A stretch of DNA of 64,000 nt from Camelus ferus. Its lineage: Eukaryota. The DNA is taken from assembly GCF_009834535.1 (NCBI RefSeq), contig NC_045696.1:67396001-67460000 (forward strand), in the 5' to 3' direction. The notes under the pieces are model-generated. The model was not told the DNA's origin. It ran no database searches and was given only the letters and a program-made list of their open reading frames with translations. Position 1 is the stretch's first letter. Every line of letters starts with the position of its first letter. Both the position numbers and the translations under genes were made by a program. Below are positions 24,927 through 37,299 of this stretch, piece after piece.

Positions 24927-26451
24927 TTGCAGAGGAAGTGAAAGGCAGTAAACTCTAGGCCAGCAGTACAAATCAGAAGTGCTCTGATGTGATGTGTTAG
25001 ATCAAAACTTGGAAACCTCGTGGGCTCCACCCTACCCCCGCACCCATGACAGCTGCAAATGTTTGTTTTGTTTCTCCAACATCTGGCCAGCCCGTGTGTA
25101 AACAGAGTGAAGGGTCAGGGTGATGAAAAGATCTGAATGCCTCATTTCTCAGCCTCTAAAGCCTACGGGGAAATGGGACAGAGCCTGAGTTAGGAAATGC
25201 TTTTGAATTTCATTGGGATTTAGGCAGCCGTTTCCAAACTCACGCTGAGATCTCTTACCTATGCGTCCTTCATGCCATTGTCAGGAGGTAGTGTTGGGGA
25301 GTGGTGAGGCCTCTGGATTGAGATGGCCCAGATTCCAATTCAGGCTCTTCCAATAACTGCCCATGAACTCTTGGGAAATTTTTTCTTTCTAGGTCTCATC
25401 ACACCATCCAGATTATAAGAGGGTGGAGTCCTCTCTAAAGTTTCATTCGCCTTTAATCTTCAATTTCTTGGCATCATTTCAGTGTTTACCACATTACTGC
25501 CTCTGTTTATTCAGTAAGTGTATTCCTAGTCACTGCCTCTCCCTTTGTCTATGTGGTACTTCAAAAATGATCAACCTCCAAAACTTTTTAATGTCAAATA
25601 AGCCTCACCTTGTTTCCCTCCTACAGAACATGTTAGCACTAAACTCGATGCTAAAGATAGGATTCAATCTATCAATTATTGCTTCTGTTTAAAAAGCTAA
25701 TTATTTAAGCAAGGTCTTTTGCCTTGTTCAAAATTATAAGCAGATCAAGTATTTACTAAGCTTGGTTTTTAATGTGAAATGCATGACTCTGATATTCAAA
25801 TATACTTTTAAAAATTTCAATACATTTTAATTTCCTAAGAACTAGATCAAGGTAAAGTTCTTACTTAAAATAAGCATGTGATTAACCTTAATAAATGAAA
25901 TGCAAACAAAATAATGCATTATGAATTTATAAATATATCTTGAATGTAAGGTAAAGAATGTTGACTTAATTAAGTGAGCAACAAATGGCTGATGAAAGCT
26001 TTTAACCTAAAGAGTAATACAATCTGAGATTAGAAATTGAGTTATTCCAAGAAATTGCTTTTTGTAACCTGGTCATTAGGCCTCAAGAAGAAAGCAGAAT
26101 TCATAATTTTATGCCCTTTTCACCAGACTCCATTTCCCCTCTTTAAATCCCATTTCTCTACCACAAGATGATCTTTTAGGTTGAACTACCAGAGCAGATT
26201 CTTTCCCCAAATACTAATCAGCAAGATGAGACAAGAGAAAGAAATTGAAATTGAGGGAATGAGAAATAGAGAGGCAAAAGCACCTCATGGAATGGCTCCA
26301 TCTTATTTTGAGCTTGTGTTTAAATAGGGGCAGCTCAGTGTTTCCCTGAATGGGGAACCTACCTCTCAAGGAAACCCCAATCCTTTTTTATCCTTTCAGA
26401 GTTCCTGTTGGCCCCATTTCCAAGATGGTTGAGACTGCTGGGTCCTGCTCC

Positions 26452-26470
26452 AGTCCAGCAGAGGGCGCTC
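26452..26470 (+). promoter_or_regulatory. CTCF core motif, forward orientation
   Basis: agtCCAGCAGAGGGCGCTc fits the consensus CCASYAGRKGGCRS at every position. Confidence 0.7.
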
Positions 26471-27114
26471 TAGGAGCAGAATTAAGGACGGTGGTGGCAA
26501 TTCTGGGAGGACAATCTCAAACTCCTTCGCCAGAGGGCTGGCGTAGTATCTTCTGAGCCTTCTGGGCTGACCTGAAGGATCATTGATCCTTCTTGCCTTG
26601 CCCAATAGAATTCTGCTCATAGTCCAGTTAAACTGCTGAAGACCCCACTTTCCAGCTCTACGTCTCTTCCATTATCAAGAAAAAAATGACTTCCATCTAA
26701 AAAAAAAATTAACTGATCCTTAAGAGATAGGAAATGAGTTAGGAAATGTGACATCCAGGCAGTTGCACAGAAAAGCTGCTGAGAATTGAGAAATCAGGAA
26801 AAGGTTAACCAGGCTCAGTGTGTGTCAGAGACAGTCCAAGCAGCTTAAGCAAGATCACCTGTCTGCCTCTCCCTACCTCACCATCCACAAGGGAATGCCT
26901 AAATTTTTAAAAAGTGGTGGCTGATATCATGGACAGAGCCTAAATAATGACACAAAATGAACCTTCAATTAGGAATGGTAGCAGAAATCCACAAAGGTTT
27001 TCAAGCCCAAGAATGATGCAATCAGAGCTTAGCAACTAGGTCGCCTAGCAAAAGATTTATCCATTGCAATCCAGAGACAGAGCTCCAGCTAGGAGAAAAA
27101 AATGAGCGCCGAGG

Positions 27115-27290
27115 AATAGTGCAGACCTGAGGTCCAGCCCTGGCTCCGAGGTTTCTTGGCTTTGTGTCTTGGGCCAAGTCCCTCGGGTAAGTCTCTTTAA
27201 GCCTCAGTTTCTTCTTCTATCAAGTGAGGAAGTTGAGCCACACGATCTGTCAGATTCACTTCACATTTTATATTCTGAGTCTGTGGGTTT
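27115..27290 (+). mobile_element. MIR/MIR3 SINE
   Basis: agacctgaggtccagccctggctc..tgtgtcttgggccaagtc..gcctcagtttcttcttctat. Confidence 0.7.
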
Positions 27291-30121
27291 CTAGAATCTT
27301 AGAATTATCATTTAAGATATTTTTAGGAAATACACACAAGTTGGGTGGAGGGTAGATGTTCATTCATTCAGTAGTTCATCATTCAGTGTGCACACGTGTC
27401 CAGCCACATCCCCATGACCATCCATATATGCCCTTCAGCCACCAGCAGAGGGGGTGTGATGCGGAGCCATGGGTAAGGGAGAGAGCATCAATTTCTTAGT
27501 TGGTTTATGGACTCCAAGATGGATTGTGGAGATGGATCAACCAACTCACATAAGACTCTGACTTTGAGGCAAATGGACCATAAGCACTAGAAGAGACCTC
27601 GAAGTTCAGCTGTTCCCCCCTCATCATCTAATAAATGCTGAGATGTAGATCTCAAGGAAACATAGTAACTGGTAGAATCAACCTGGATTACGGTGTCCTT
27701 ATGGGCTAAATGTCCCATCCAGGACTATTTAGATTTTCTTCTTCCAATTATTATTGGGTCCTTGTACTGCTTACAGGTAATCACAAACCCTTCAAATCTT
27801 TCCACACAAGCTGCAAGTCAAACATAAATGCACTAAGAAAAAAGTTTGAGTGACAGCTGCTTTCACCCGTGACGCTCTGATATTTGGCTTTTTTGCTTCA
27901 ACTGAAATCTGGGGGGCTCCTGTCAGTTCACCAGTCAGAAGTGGGCTTATTTCTCCACTTCACACAATGAATTGGGTCCAACTGAACCCTTATTTATTTA
28001 CTTGCTTACTTACTTAAATAAACCTAGGTGGAAAAACATTAGAGGAAGCTTATAATAAAAAGCATAAGTAATTTTAAACCCAACTATAAGACAGAAACAT
28101 AAATGCAATTATCCTTGAACCAAAGGGAACTATTGCAAACCCCTAAATGACCCAAAAAAAAAAAAACCCAAACTTTTAATATCTTCTTCCTTACTGTATG
28201 AGTTCACTGAGGGATTTTCTGTGTATGTCTTTACGTAAGAACCATTAAATAACTTAACAAATGATATCTGGATAGCACTTTTGTAATAAAGAAACTTCTG
28301 CATGTCACTCTTACAGTGGACCTTGGTAAATGTCAAAGGCATGTTGTCAAGTTGTATTTTTAAGGCAGAGTTCTGAGGCCCCAGGCCATGTAGTCCTGGG
28401 TGGTAGAAGGCTTCCTGGAAACCTAATACAGGATAAGGAGAGAGCTGAAGCATCTTGAGAAACAGCTGGTTAGCATGAACCTCAACACAGTCTTCTCCAG
28501 TATCAGCTGTCTCAGCCGGACTGGGAAGTAGGCAGCAGACAAGTCTAGACAGAGGCTGCTGACCAGGCCGTTAAGTACAGATGTGCCGTGTTGGGGCTTG
28601 AAGAAAGATCTCTGGGCTCTAGACACACAGGGAGCCCTTCAGACCTGCTGGAGACCCTGAGACTGGTCAGCCTTCCTCCGTGAAGAAAAAGGCTGCCGGA
28701 CGTGGCTTTGTGTCCAAGAGAGCAGTTGCCTCCTCTTCCCCTCACACATACACATACACACGCAAGCTGCAGAATCTCATCACAGCATGTTAAAGCTATT
28801 TGGGGCCATTTTGCCCATGTATTTTACAGAGATGGAAACGGAAGCTCAGATGAAGGGGAGCCACCATTTGCTTAAGGCCAAACTGGGATGTGACGGATGC
28901 CGACTCCCAAGTCCGCCCCTCCCTCGACGGACGTGTCCACTGCAGATGGTGTCATGTCCCTGCTCAGTCCCCTCCACCTGTCTCACATGGCCCTCAGCAG
29001 ACAGTGCAAGTGTCCCACCCGGCACTGAAGCCCTCCGCAGAATAATCCTGTTTGCTTTCTTCTCCCCACAGGACTCCAGTTCCCAGCCAGACAGACCAGG
29101 CTTGTTCCCACCTCCACCTTGAGACTGACTCTCTTGCTCGTTGTTTCCAGCTTCTGAGAGGCTGTTCCCAGGGAACCCAGGTCTCCCAGAAACTAAAGCA
29201 GCATCCTGAAACGGCCTCACATACCCTCCCTGTGTGCCTTTTCGGAGAGTCCAAAATACACCGACAGCACATTTTTATTCTCAATATTTTTTGTTTAATT
29301 ACCAAGGCCTCTTAAAGCCTGAGCCCCCTCCTGTGTGGCAGGACTGGCAAATACGCCCATTTTAAAGGGGAGATGAAGGAAGTGAGACCCAATGCCGAGA
29401 AAGGGCGTGTGATTCATGCTCCAGAAAGCAGTGAGTCAGAGGAGAAGGAGAAAGAAGACCCAGGCTTCCTGACGCCGGCGCTCCATCCTCAAAGCCAGGC
29501 ATCTTGCCTGCTGTTATTTCCAAAGGCTTGATATCTTCAAAAGTAAGTCAACAAACACTCAGCCCAACAGGCTTACTTTTGAGAAAACTTCCGACACAAA
29601 AAGAGCAAGAGACCAGGTCTTTCCTAACCCCTGAGCTGTACCTAGAATGTTTAACACCATATTTTGTAATAAAGCCGCTCTGAGTTTTCCAAGTTGTGAC
29701 CTCCTAAGGCAACTAACTACATAAATGAAAGCAAGTCTGAAGAGTCGGACTGTTAAAGAAATTGGGCGAGACCACAAATCCAGTTGAGGTTGGCAATGAG
29801 GGCTTCATCCCACAGCCCGGGTAACCTTCTCTAGCCTTCGGTACCCATTCCCAACATCCAACAGCTGTCTGACTGTTAGGGGCTGAGAGGCATGGGAAGA
29901 GCCGGGGTAAGCCACTTCTAGTCAGCTTAGAGCATTTTGTAATCCTGGAAAGGCTTGTCAAAAAGAAAGTGGTACCAGGTCCCTTCTGTCATTCTTCCCC
30001 AGCGAAGAGGAAGAGAAACAAATGCCCTGGGGAATCAGGTCAGAAACAGCTCGTGCATGTTCTTCATGGCAGTTCGCAAGTTTACACGCCAGGGACTTGG
30101 ACAGAGACCCTCAGTAACTTG

Positions 30122-30242
30122 AGGGTCGACAGAATGTGTGATCCAAACCAGAGCACTTCAGGGTGAAAGAGGGAGCTATTAATAACCATACCAGGGCAAC
30201 AGGCGTAAAGCAGGAAGGCAAACCAGGATAAATGGTCACCTT
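30122..30242 (+). mobile_element. MER94-like hAT-Blackjack non-autonomous DNA transposon
   Basis: agggtcgac..tccaaacc..gtgaaagagggagctattaataa..caacaggcgtaaa..ggcaaaccagga..atggtcacctt follows the MER94 layout, with decayed agggtgacc termini. Confidence 0.75.
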
Positions 30243-31139
30243 AACCTTCAGAGTTGAAATCAACCATAAAGGGTCCCTATCGATAGAGAAATATCCACTC
30301 CATAAGGAGGGCATAATCAGCACAAAGATGGCATTACCCAAGGCTGGCTGGTTACACTATTTAGTAAAAAATCCCAAGAAGAATTGAAAGATATCACATC
30401 TAGAGAGGGGAGTCACATTTGAGCTGAGTTTTGAGATACGCAAAGGATTTTAATGTGTGGTAATGAGAGGTCAAATAGTCTTCTAGGCAATTTTTAAAAA
30501 GAAGCCTCAGCCAGGCCCAGTGGCAGGGCAGCATGGACCTCTATGGGACATGGTGAGGGGCAGAGTCGGTCTGCTGTGGCTGCAGTGGGGGGCATAGTGA
30601 GACCAGGCTGGGATGGGGCAGGAAGAATGCTGATGGCCGTTTGGACTTGGTTCTAATTTTGTGGACGCCACCAGGGATGAGCTGTCTTCCTTTCCTAGGT
30701 GGGGTTGCATAAATCACTCTTCCCGGGCTTGGACTCTGGGTAAGACTATGCAGATGTCCAGACACCCAGGGCATAGGCTGCCACCGTTCTCACCAGGCCA
30801 ACTGTCTTCCCTCCCACAAGCGAGGGAGACAGCATTTGAGGAACCGCACGACCTCTTCTGGTTTCAGTACCAAGCACTTTCTCTCTCCAACCAGCCGCTG
30901 GAGAAGTGGGTTTGGACATTGGGGGGAAGTGTCTGTTTGGCAACCCAACTGGGCCGGACAGCTCCAGGGGGTGGATTTTAGGGGCTATCCCCTCGTGAGT
31001 ATTCAAACCTTTGACGCTTCATGGTGAGGCTGTTTATATTCCTATTTCTCAGGAGTACAGTCGAGTCCAGTAGAAGTGTGGCCCTTGGGGCTTTCAGAGG
31101 AGTCAAGGGAGAGTATCTCCGTATCTGTGACACTAGGCA

Positions 31140-31320
31140 GAGCTTTGCAGTTTGTGACTTTCATATTTGAGCCTCACAAATGTTGTGAGATAAGTCAGGA
31201 AGGTGTTATAGCCAAGAATTGACATATAAGGGAATTAAGAAGCAGACAAATGGGTGACTCATTCAAGGTCACACAGCAAGTGACAGAGCTCAAGTATCCT
31301 GGAGCCAGGCCATGCACCCA
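31140..31320 (-). mobile_element. MIR SINE
   Basis: gtgactcattcaaggtcacacagcaagtgacagagc. Confidence 0.6.
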
Positions 31321-31544
31321 GGCAGCCACCCCACAGCCTGCTCTCAGAAAGGAGACCAGCGAGAAGAGGAAGAGAAGGGGGAGTGAGAGGAGGGGAGGAA
31401 GAACGGGCAGCATCAGAGAGGAGAGATGGCAAAACCCTTCATTCTAGTTGTGGGGTCTGGGATGGACCTAGAACCTTCTCCCTTAATCCTTTCCCCCCTC
31501 ACTCCCATTTTTCCTCCTGGACCCAGTAAAATGGGCCTGAGGCT

Positions 31545-32505
31545 GTGCGGTAGGGAAGGGCTGCCGGGTAACGTCTCTCCAGAGGCGCGAGCTTGGCCCC
31601 GCGGGGTGGCCCGGCCTTTCAAAGGCCACTTGTACACTGAGACGCCGCGCAGGGGCGGCCGGAGGGCCCGGGCCAGGAGGAGGGGCCGGGCCTGCCTTTG
31701 GTGCCTAGAAATCAAAGCAGCCAACCTTGGGCTCTTTCTTCCCCTCACACTGAGGCACTTTTATTGGCGAGATGAAGGGAGGCAGAGCGGGCCTACAGTC
31801 CTCGCTTTGCTTTTGGAGGTTAATGACCCAGTTAGCAGCTCTTGGCTGCGTTTCCGACATTTTGCAGACATCAAGCCCCGCGTCTCTGCCAAGTACATTC
31901 TGTTCCCTGGAGCTCATCCAATGCATCTCAGATTACTATGTAATGCGACAAAGAGGGAGAGGTGGTTGGGAGGGGCGGCGGGGAGGGAGGAGGAGGAGCG
32001 GGCGCGAGCGGGGAGGGCGGGACGCCGGAGCCGCGGGGCGGGGTAAAGGGGATGCCACCTCAAACAGAGCCGCCCTCCTGGACGCGCAGCCCCAAGGTGC
32101 TTCTTCACTGCACTAGAGCGACCCCGAAGGGAGGGTGCGGAGGGCCCTGGAGTCCAGGCAATAAGAGAAGGAATCCTGCGGCTGAGAGCCAAGTCCCCGA
32201 CCCGGGGCGGGGGTGGGGTGGGGTGGGGGCCGCCCGAGACTGGGGACGGGGAGGGCGGAGAGCGGAATGCGAGGGGGCGGGGTCAGGGGATTAGGCCCGC
32301 CCCGAGGCCCCTCCCCCTGCGACGCCAGCTGCCGCTGCAGCCCGTGCGCTAATTATAGACGTGAATGGAAAGCGGCAGCTTTTGAATGATCGTGTTGCTC
32401 GCGCTGCCTTTGGAGGCTGAGGAGCAGGTGCTGCCCTGCTCGATACAAAATGATTCATTTAAAAGCTCTCCGGCACGCACGCACCCTCACCGACCCGCAC
32501 GGATC
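31545..32505. promoter_or_regulatory. CpG island with GC boxes, no associated gene visible
   Basis: Dense CpG (cgcg, gcggc) and high GC relative to the flanks; GC boxes ggggcgggg at about 32204 and 32274 and ccgcccc at about 32297; CCAAT-type motifs at about 31763 and 31918. Confidence 0.8.
32204..32229 (+). other. G-quadruplex motif with five G-tracts
   Basis: GGGG c GGGGG t GGGG t GGGG t GGGGG, single-base loops. Confidence 0.8.
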
Positions 32506-34019
32506 CCCTGGCTCTCCCCTACCCCCGCCCTGGAGGTGGTTCCGGAATCAGTTTAGGAGGCCTGGGCCCTGGGACAGAGATTGTGGGGCCTTTCCTGTCT
32601 CGCATCCAGCCTTGGAAAATTCCCCGTGAGTGGGAAGAGCCTTGGGCCTTCTCAAGCTGTGGGAAAGCAGCATCTTGCTTTACAGACGGAGAAACTGAGG
32701 CTGGGAGAGACTCTGGGATGTACCGCGGGGCACGTGATGTGATGAGTCAGTGCGGAGTTGGGAGAGTCCTTCTTCTCATGGCCTCTCCCTTTCCCTTCCC
32801 AAGTTGGAACCTGAGCGGGGTTCACTTCAGTGACATTCATTTCCATGCATGGATCCTTGGCACCTGTATTTCTACTCCTCCCAATCCTGCCCCCATCTCC
32901 AACCCACTCCCACACAGAACACTTGCTAGTGCCTACTGATTCTCAATGGTAGGTTTGATAGTTCCAGGCCTGGAACCTGGGTAATGTGAAAACCATGCTC
33001 ATTTTCCTGTCATTTATGTGTGAGTCAGCCCCATGTGCCCTCCCGTCAGCATAACGGCATTGTGAGGAACTCTGGAGGAGGCAAAACCTGGATTTGTCTT
33101 CCTCAGCATCCCACACGCGCCTTCGGCTCACAGTGAGCAGAGTGCTCGCATGAGTAGCGTGACCTAATCCAAGCCACACAAGCCCAGTAGAAAGTCGTGT
33201 GTCCATCTGCCAGAGTCCCTGCAGAAACGGAGTGTCAACAGGGGGAAGTGACTTGCTCACCATCATCTGCGGATAAGTGGCCAGCTTGGAAGCCAAACCC
33301 AGAACTCCCACCACTGTCCTGCGTTTGGCCAGTACTCATGCTGTGGTCTGCAAGAGGGAGCAAGGATCCACCTAGGTATAGAGAAGGATTGCTCTAAGTG
33401 AGCTGCGTATGTCCAGCTGGCCGCTGGCCTCCCCTCCCCATGACCTTGGGTCGCTGCTTCCATATTTTCACCTCCATCCTAGTCCCTCTCATGAAACTAA
33501 GCACCAACAGCTGCTGCCTTCTCTAGGGCCAGACGTCTCCAAGCCCACTCACTGCTTCTGACTCCAAAAAACAAAGCCAGTCTCCTCATCTCTGGGACTT
33601 ATCCTAGCCCCTCACCTTTGCTGACCACTCTGAACTTACCTCTTTGCCTATGTCTGCCCTGTGCCCTCAAGATCTCCACGAGATGGATGGATAATGAAGT
33701 AGCAACAAGTACCGTGCTGAAAAAAAAGAAGAGACAGGGAATGGATGGGAAGGATATTTTCATTTTTATTTGGCTCTTAGAAGCAAGGTACTGTATCTTA
33801 GTCTTTGTAAATCCCCACCCTGCCCAACACACAGAGTCCAGCCCAATGCACTGAGCTTAGCAGACCCACAGAAATGTTAGTCATAAAACGTTCACATGGC
33901 CGAGGAAGTTTGTATTTCCTTGGACCTAGGCAGGCCCTTGTCACATATCTTTGGTAACATAGATGAGTATTTCAAGAACACGAGCTTTGCATATACAAGA
34001 CCGGGCTCTGCCTTGATCA

Positions 34020-34610
34020 GGTGTACAATATTGAGAAGTTGTTTGGTCTCTCTAGTTCTCAGTATTTTCATCTATTAAATGGGCATGACTGTACTTCATA
34101 GAGGTTGTGCAGAGCAGTACTTGCTGTGCTGAGCTGGGAAAGGAAGGGACTGCTCCTATGAGAGTGCGTGTCTCTACGGTCACTGCCTAGTTTGGAATCC
34201 ACATTCAGCTATGGGATCTGGGTAAGTGTTTTAACCACCACATGCCTCAACTTCTTCATGTATAAGATGAGCATAATAAAAGTACCTATCTTATAGTGTT
34301 GTGTGAATTAAATGAGTTGATAGATAAGGGCTGGAAATAGCGCCTGGCACACAGCAAGTGCTCAGTACAGATGGCTGTCTTTTCTATTGGAATTAGATGA
34401 GGGTTGAATGATGTAATACATGGAAAGCCCCTAGCAGAATGCCTAGCAGAGTGTCAGCACCCAGTAATAATAATGACTATTATTATTTCCTTATCTGTCA
34501 ATGGGGATTAGGAAAGTTCCTCTCACACGGGGTAGTTCTGAGGATTAACTTAGGTAATATACAGGAACATTCTTTGTAAAACTATATAGGACTGTTCACA
34601 TGCTTTATTA
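34020..34610 (+). mobile_element. Cluster of 3-4 same-orientation MIR fragments
   Basis: Cores ctcagtattttcatctattaaatggg (about 34058), gcctcaacttcttcatgtataagatga..aagtacctatcttatag..gcctggcacacagcaagtgctca (about 34245-34365), tttccttatctgtcaatgggga (about 34487). Confidence 0.75.
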
Positions 34611-34629
34611 TTAACTTCATTATGGGGCG

Positions 34630-35120
34630 CCAATTCAATAAATCTTGTGTGTTCACTGTGCTTCCTCTTTGAGATTCAGAGATAAATACTATTCATGCCT
34701 TCAAAGTGGGGATATGCAGATAAGGCCTAGGATGGGTGTAACTATATAATACCAGGCAGAGGGTGATAAGCGCTCTGATTAGCACAATAAACCAAATGCC
34801 ATGAGGCATCAGGGAAGGACAAGCAGTTACCCAAGGCAGAAAGAGGAGTTCAGGAATGGCTGCAGCCAGGATACAGAGGCATAAACACAACCTGGATGAA
34901 TGAGCAGGATTTGGACAAGAGGTGAGAAAAAGACATTCCTGGTAAGGGATCAGAAAAAGCAAAGACTGCAAAGCAGGGATAGAAAGGAGATATTTGGAGA
35001 ATCACAAGCTGGCCAGCGTTCAGAGAACATGGCCTGGCCGAGAAGGGCTGGGGAGGTAAGCTGGAGGCCAGGCAGCAGAGTCCCAGGGAGCCCAGGAGGG
35101 CCCTGTGAGCCTCAGTGATG
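34630..35120 (-). mobile_element. L2 3' region
   Basis: aattcaataaat.., tgccttcaaag, gagcaggatttggacaag..gacattcctggtaaggg..caaagactgcaaagcaggga. Confidence 0.55.
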
Positions 35121-36109
35121 ACACGGAGGGAAGATGTGCTGGGGAAAGTCTCAGGATGATGATTCCTGGCCAGACTGCAGAATCCCAGGTAGCAGAAATG
35201 CAAACACAACAGAGGAATGTTTTTCCAGGGTCAGAACTAAAACAGCAGGAACTGGGGTGGATTCATACTCCTTCATAGCACCTCTCAGATTTCATAATGT
35301 ATATTTACTTTTGTGTTTCTTTCTTTACCTTGAGATGAGAGTATGAGGCTTTACTTTCTTATTTATCCCATGTCTGCCACAGAGACTGACACACAGTAGG
35401 ACCTGAATAAAGACTTGCTGAGCAAATGAATGTTCCCTTGATTCTGAGGCCAAATGGACCACCTAAGTGGTCCAAAGGCCATCAAAGGATTCTCTAAAGT
35501 TTTTCCTACCATTCGCTTCAGCAAACAAGTGTCCCCAGGATGACAGAGAAGACTTAAAATTTCACTGAGCAGGTGAGCAGGACTTGTTTCATGATCTTTC
35601 AGATTTGTCTATTTTTAGAAAATAGAATCAGAAAGAACTAGGAGGACAGGGAAAAGAAGAAACCTGGTGCAGAAATAAAATTCTTCCTATAAGTCTCCAT
35701 CTCTTACTTAGTTACCTTAATTAGCCGTCTTCTATTTTTAGTCCTCTCTTTATAAAAAAAAAATAAAAAAAGAAGAGAAGGAAGGGATCAAAGAAAGAGA
35801 GAAGAAAAGAAGTTACCCAAGAAAGTTACGAGTGTGAACAACTGGTTTTGTTCTGGTTTTATTGTCTTCTAAAACCCTCTGTGACCTGGATCCCTCCCCA
35901 GCTCAAGTTGGGAAGCAGAAAAGAAATCCAACTGGTTTCAGTTGTTCAGGATTTGGGACAAGCATCTGGCTGATGGACGCTTTGCCTGCTCTCTGATCTT
36001 CGTCTTCTTTAAAACATCAATGCCTTTGCCTTTCTCACTCTCTCTTGGGATGGCAGTTTGGTGCTGTGTTTCTTGATCAGAGGCACAGAAGGCCAAAGGT
36101 GGAACAAAC

Positions 36110-36270
36110 AGAACCTAGAGGTTATCCGGTTCAACTCGTTTCTGTTATAAATGAGAAAACCAAAGAAAAAAAGAGAGGAAACGAATTGTCCAAAGTCGCC
36201 CAAGCTCATTTGTGATGGAGAACAGGACCCAAAGCTTCAAATTGCAAGGTAAGTGCTCTTTCCATACTCC
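36110..36270 (-). mobile_element. MIR/MIR3 SINE
   Basis: ataaatgagaaaacc..tgtccaaagtcgcccaagctcatttgtg..gtgctctttccatac. Confidence 0.55.
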
Positions 36271-36349
36271 ATGATACCCCCTTTAATGAAGTAACGTTCA
36301 TATGATAACATATAACATTCATTTTTTTCCCTGAAAAAAAAGGGGGGAG

Positions 36350-36700
36350 CTTTGAGAGAAGCAGACCTGGGCTTGAATCTCAGTTCTACCACACTCTAGC
36401 TGGGTAACCTTAGGCAAGAAGCCGGATCTTCTCCAGGAACAATAGCCTCACTGCTGGGCATCTATCTTGTGCCAAACTCAGACAAATTAAGAAACTGGTC
36501 CAAGGCAGTGTCAGTTTGAACCCAGGTCTGTCTTATTCTAAATCCCATTAATTTTTAGCATGGTCTACACTGCTTCTCTGTGCTTCAGACTTCTCGTCTA
36601 ATAAAATATGAGGTTGTTTTTAAGAATAAATAAGATCAAAAGTGCCTAGCATGGCACTCGATGTTTAGGAGGTGCTCTGTAAACAGCAGCTATTATGATT
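36350..36700 (+). mobile_element. MIR SINE, split by an antisense MIR piece
   Basis: cagacctgggcttgaatctcagttctacc..tagctgggtaaccttaggcaag; internal antisense gtttgaacccaggtctgtc; then agtgcctagcatggcac. Confidence 0.65.
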
Positions 36701-37299
36701 GTGAACAACACATCCTTAGGTCTTACCATTTTGATAATATTGTTCAAGAATATTAGCTACTATCAATCAGCATCACCATACTCATCAGCCTTCACCCTCC
36801 CAGTCTCAGCTTTCCCCTGACGTGTTCTCTCAAGGGGCTGGGTTCCCATCCTGGAAGATCTAAGCAGAACAGGAAAGGCAGGCTGGGAACAGAATCCACC
36901 TACTGGTGCTGGAATGCTGAGCAAACAGGTCAGGTCTGGCAACAATGGCTACCTCCATTCATAGACCAGGCAACCAGGTATCCAGGTATAGAGGCTAGTA
37001 AGTTGTCCTAACCAGGGGCCAGAGTACAGGGATTTGAGGTGGGCAAAGCCAAAGGCAGATAGATCACAGCTTCAGAAAGGTCAAATCATGGGAACAAAGG
37101 TCCAAGTCACCATTTCTGGTAAAAGCCAGACAAGATGTTAGCTAGGAGGAAATGAGGCTGGGTGGGAAGATTGCAGAAAAAGAGCATGAAAACCAGGATT
37201 AAAGCAAAATCCAGTTGGAAGGAATAGAGATTTAAATGGACCCGGGGCTTCTGAACATGACAGATGAGTCTTTTTCCCTCTGATTATAAAAACTAATAA

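Noticed and set aside
29045..29070. Strong splice acceptor tttgctttcttctccccacag
   Set aside because: No good donor at a typical exon distance and no coding signal downstream
31426..32046. 206-aa ORF, the longest in the track
   Set aside because: It lies in the GC-rich island where stop codons are rare, is low-complexity R/G/A/P-rich, and shows no recognisable domain or splice context
35455..35474. 8-bp hairpin tggaccac-ctaa-gtggtcca
   Set aside because: Several stems of this length are expected by chance in 64 kb
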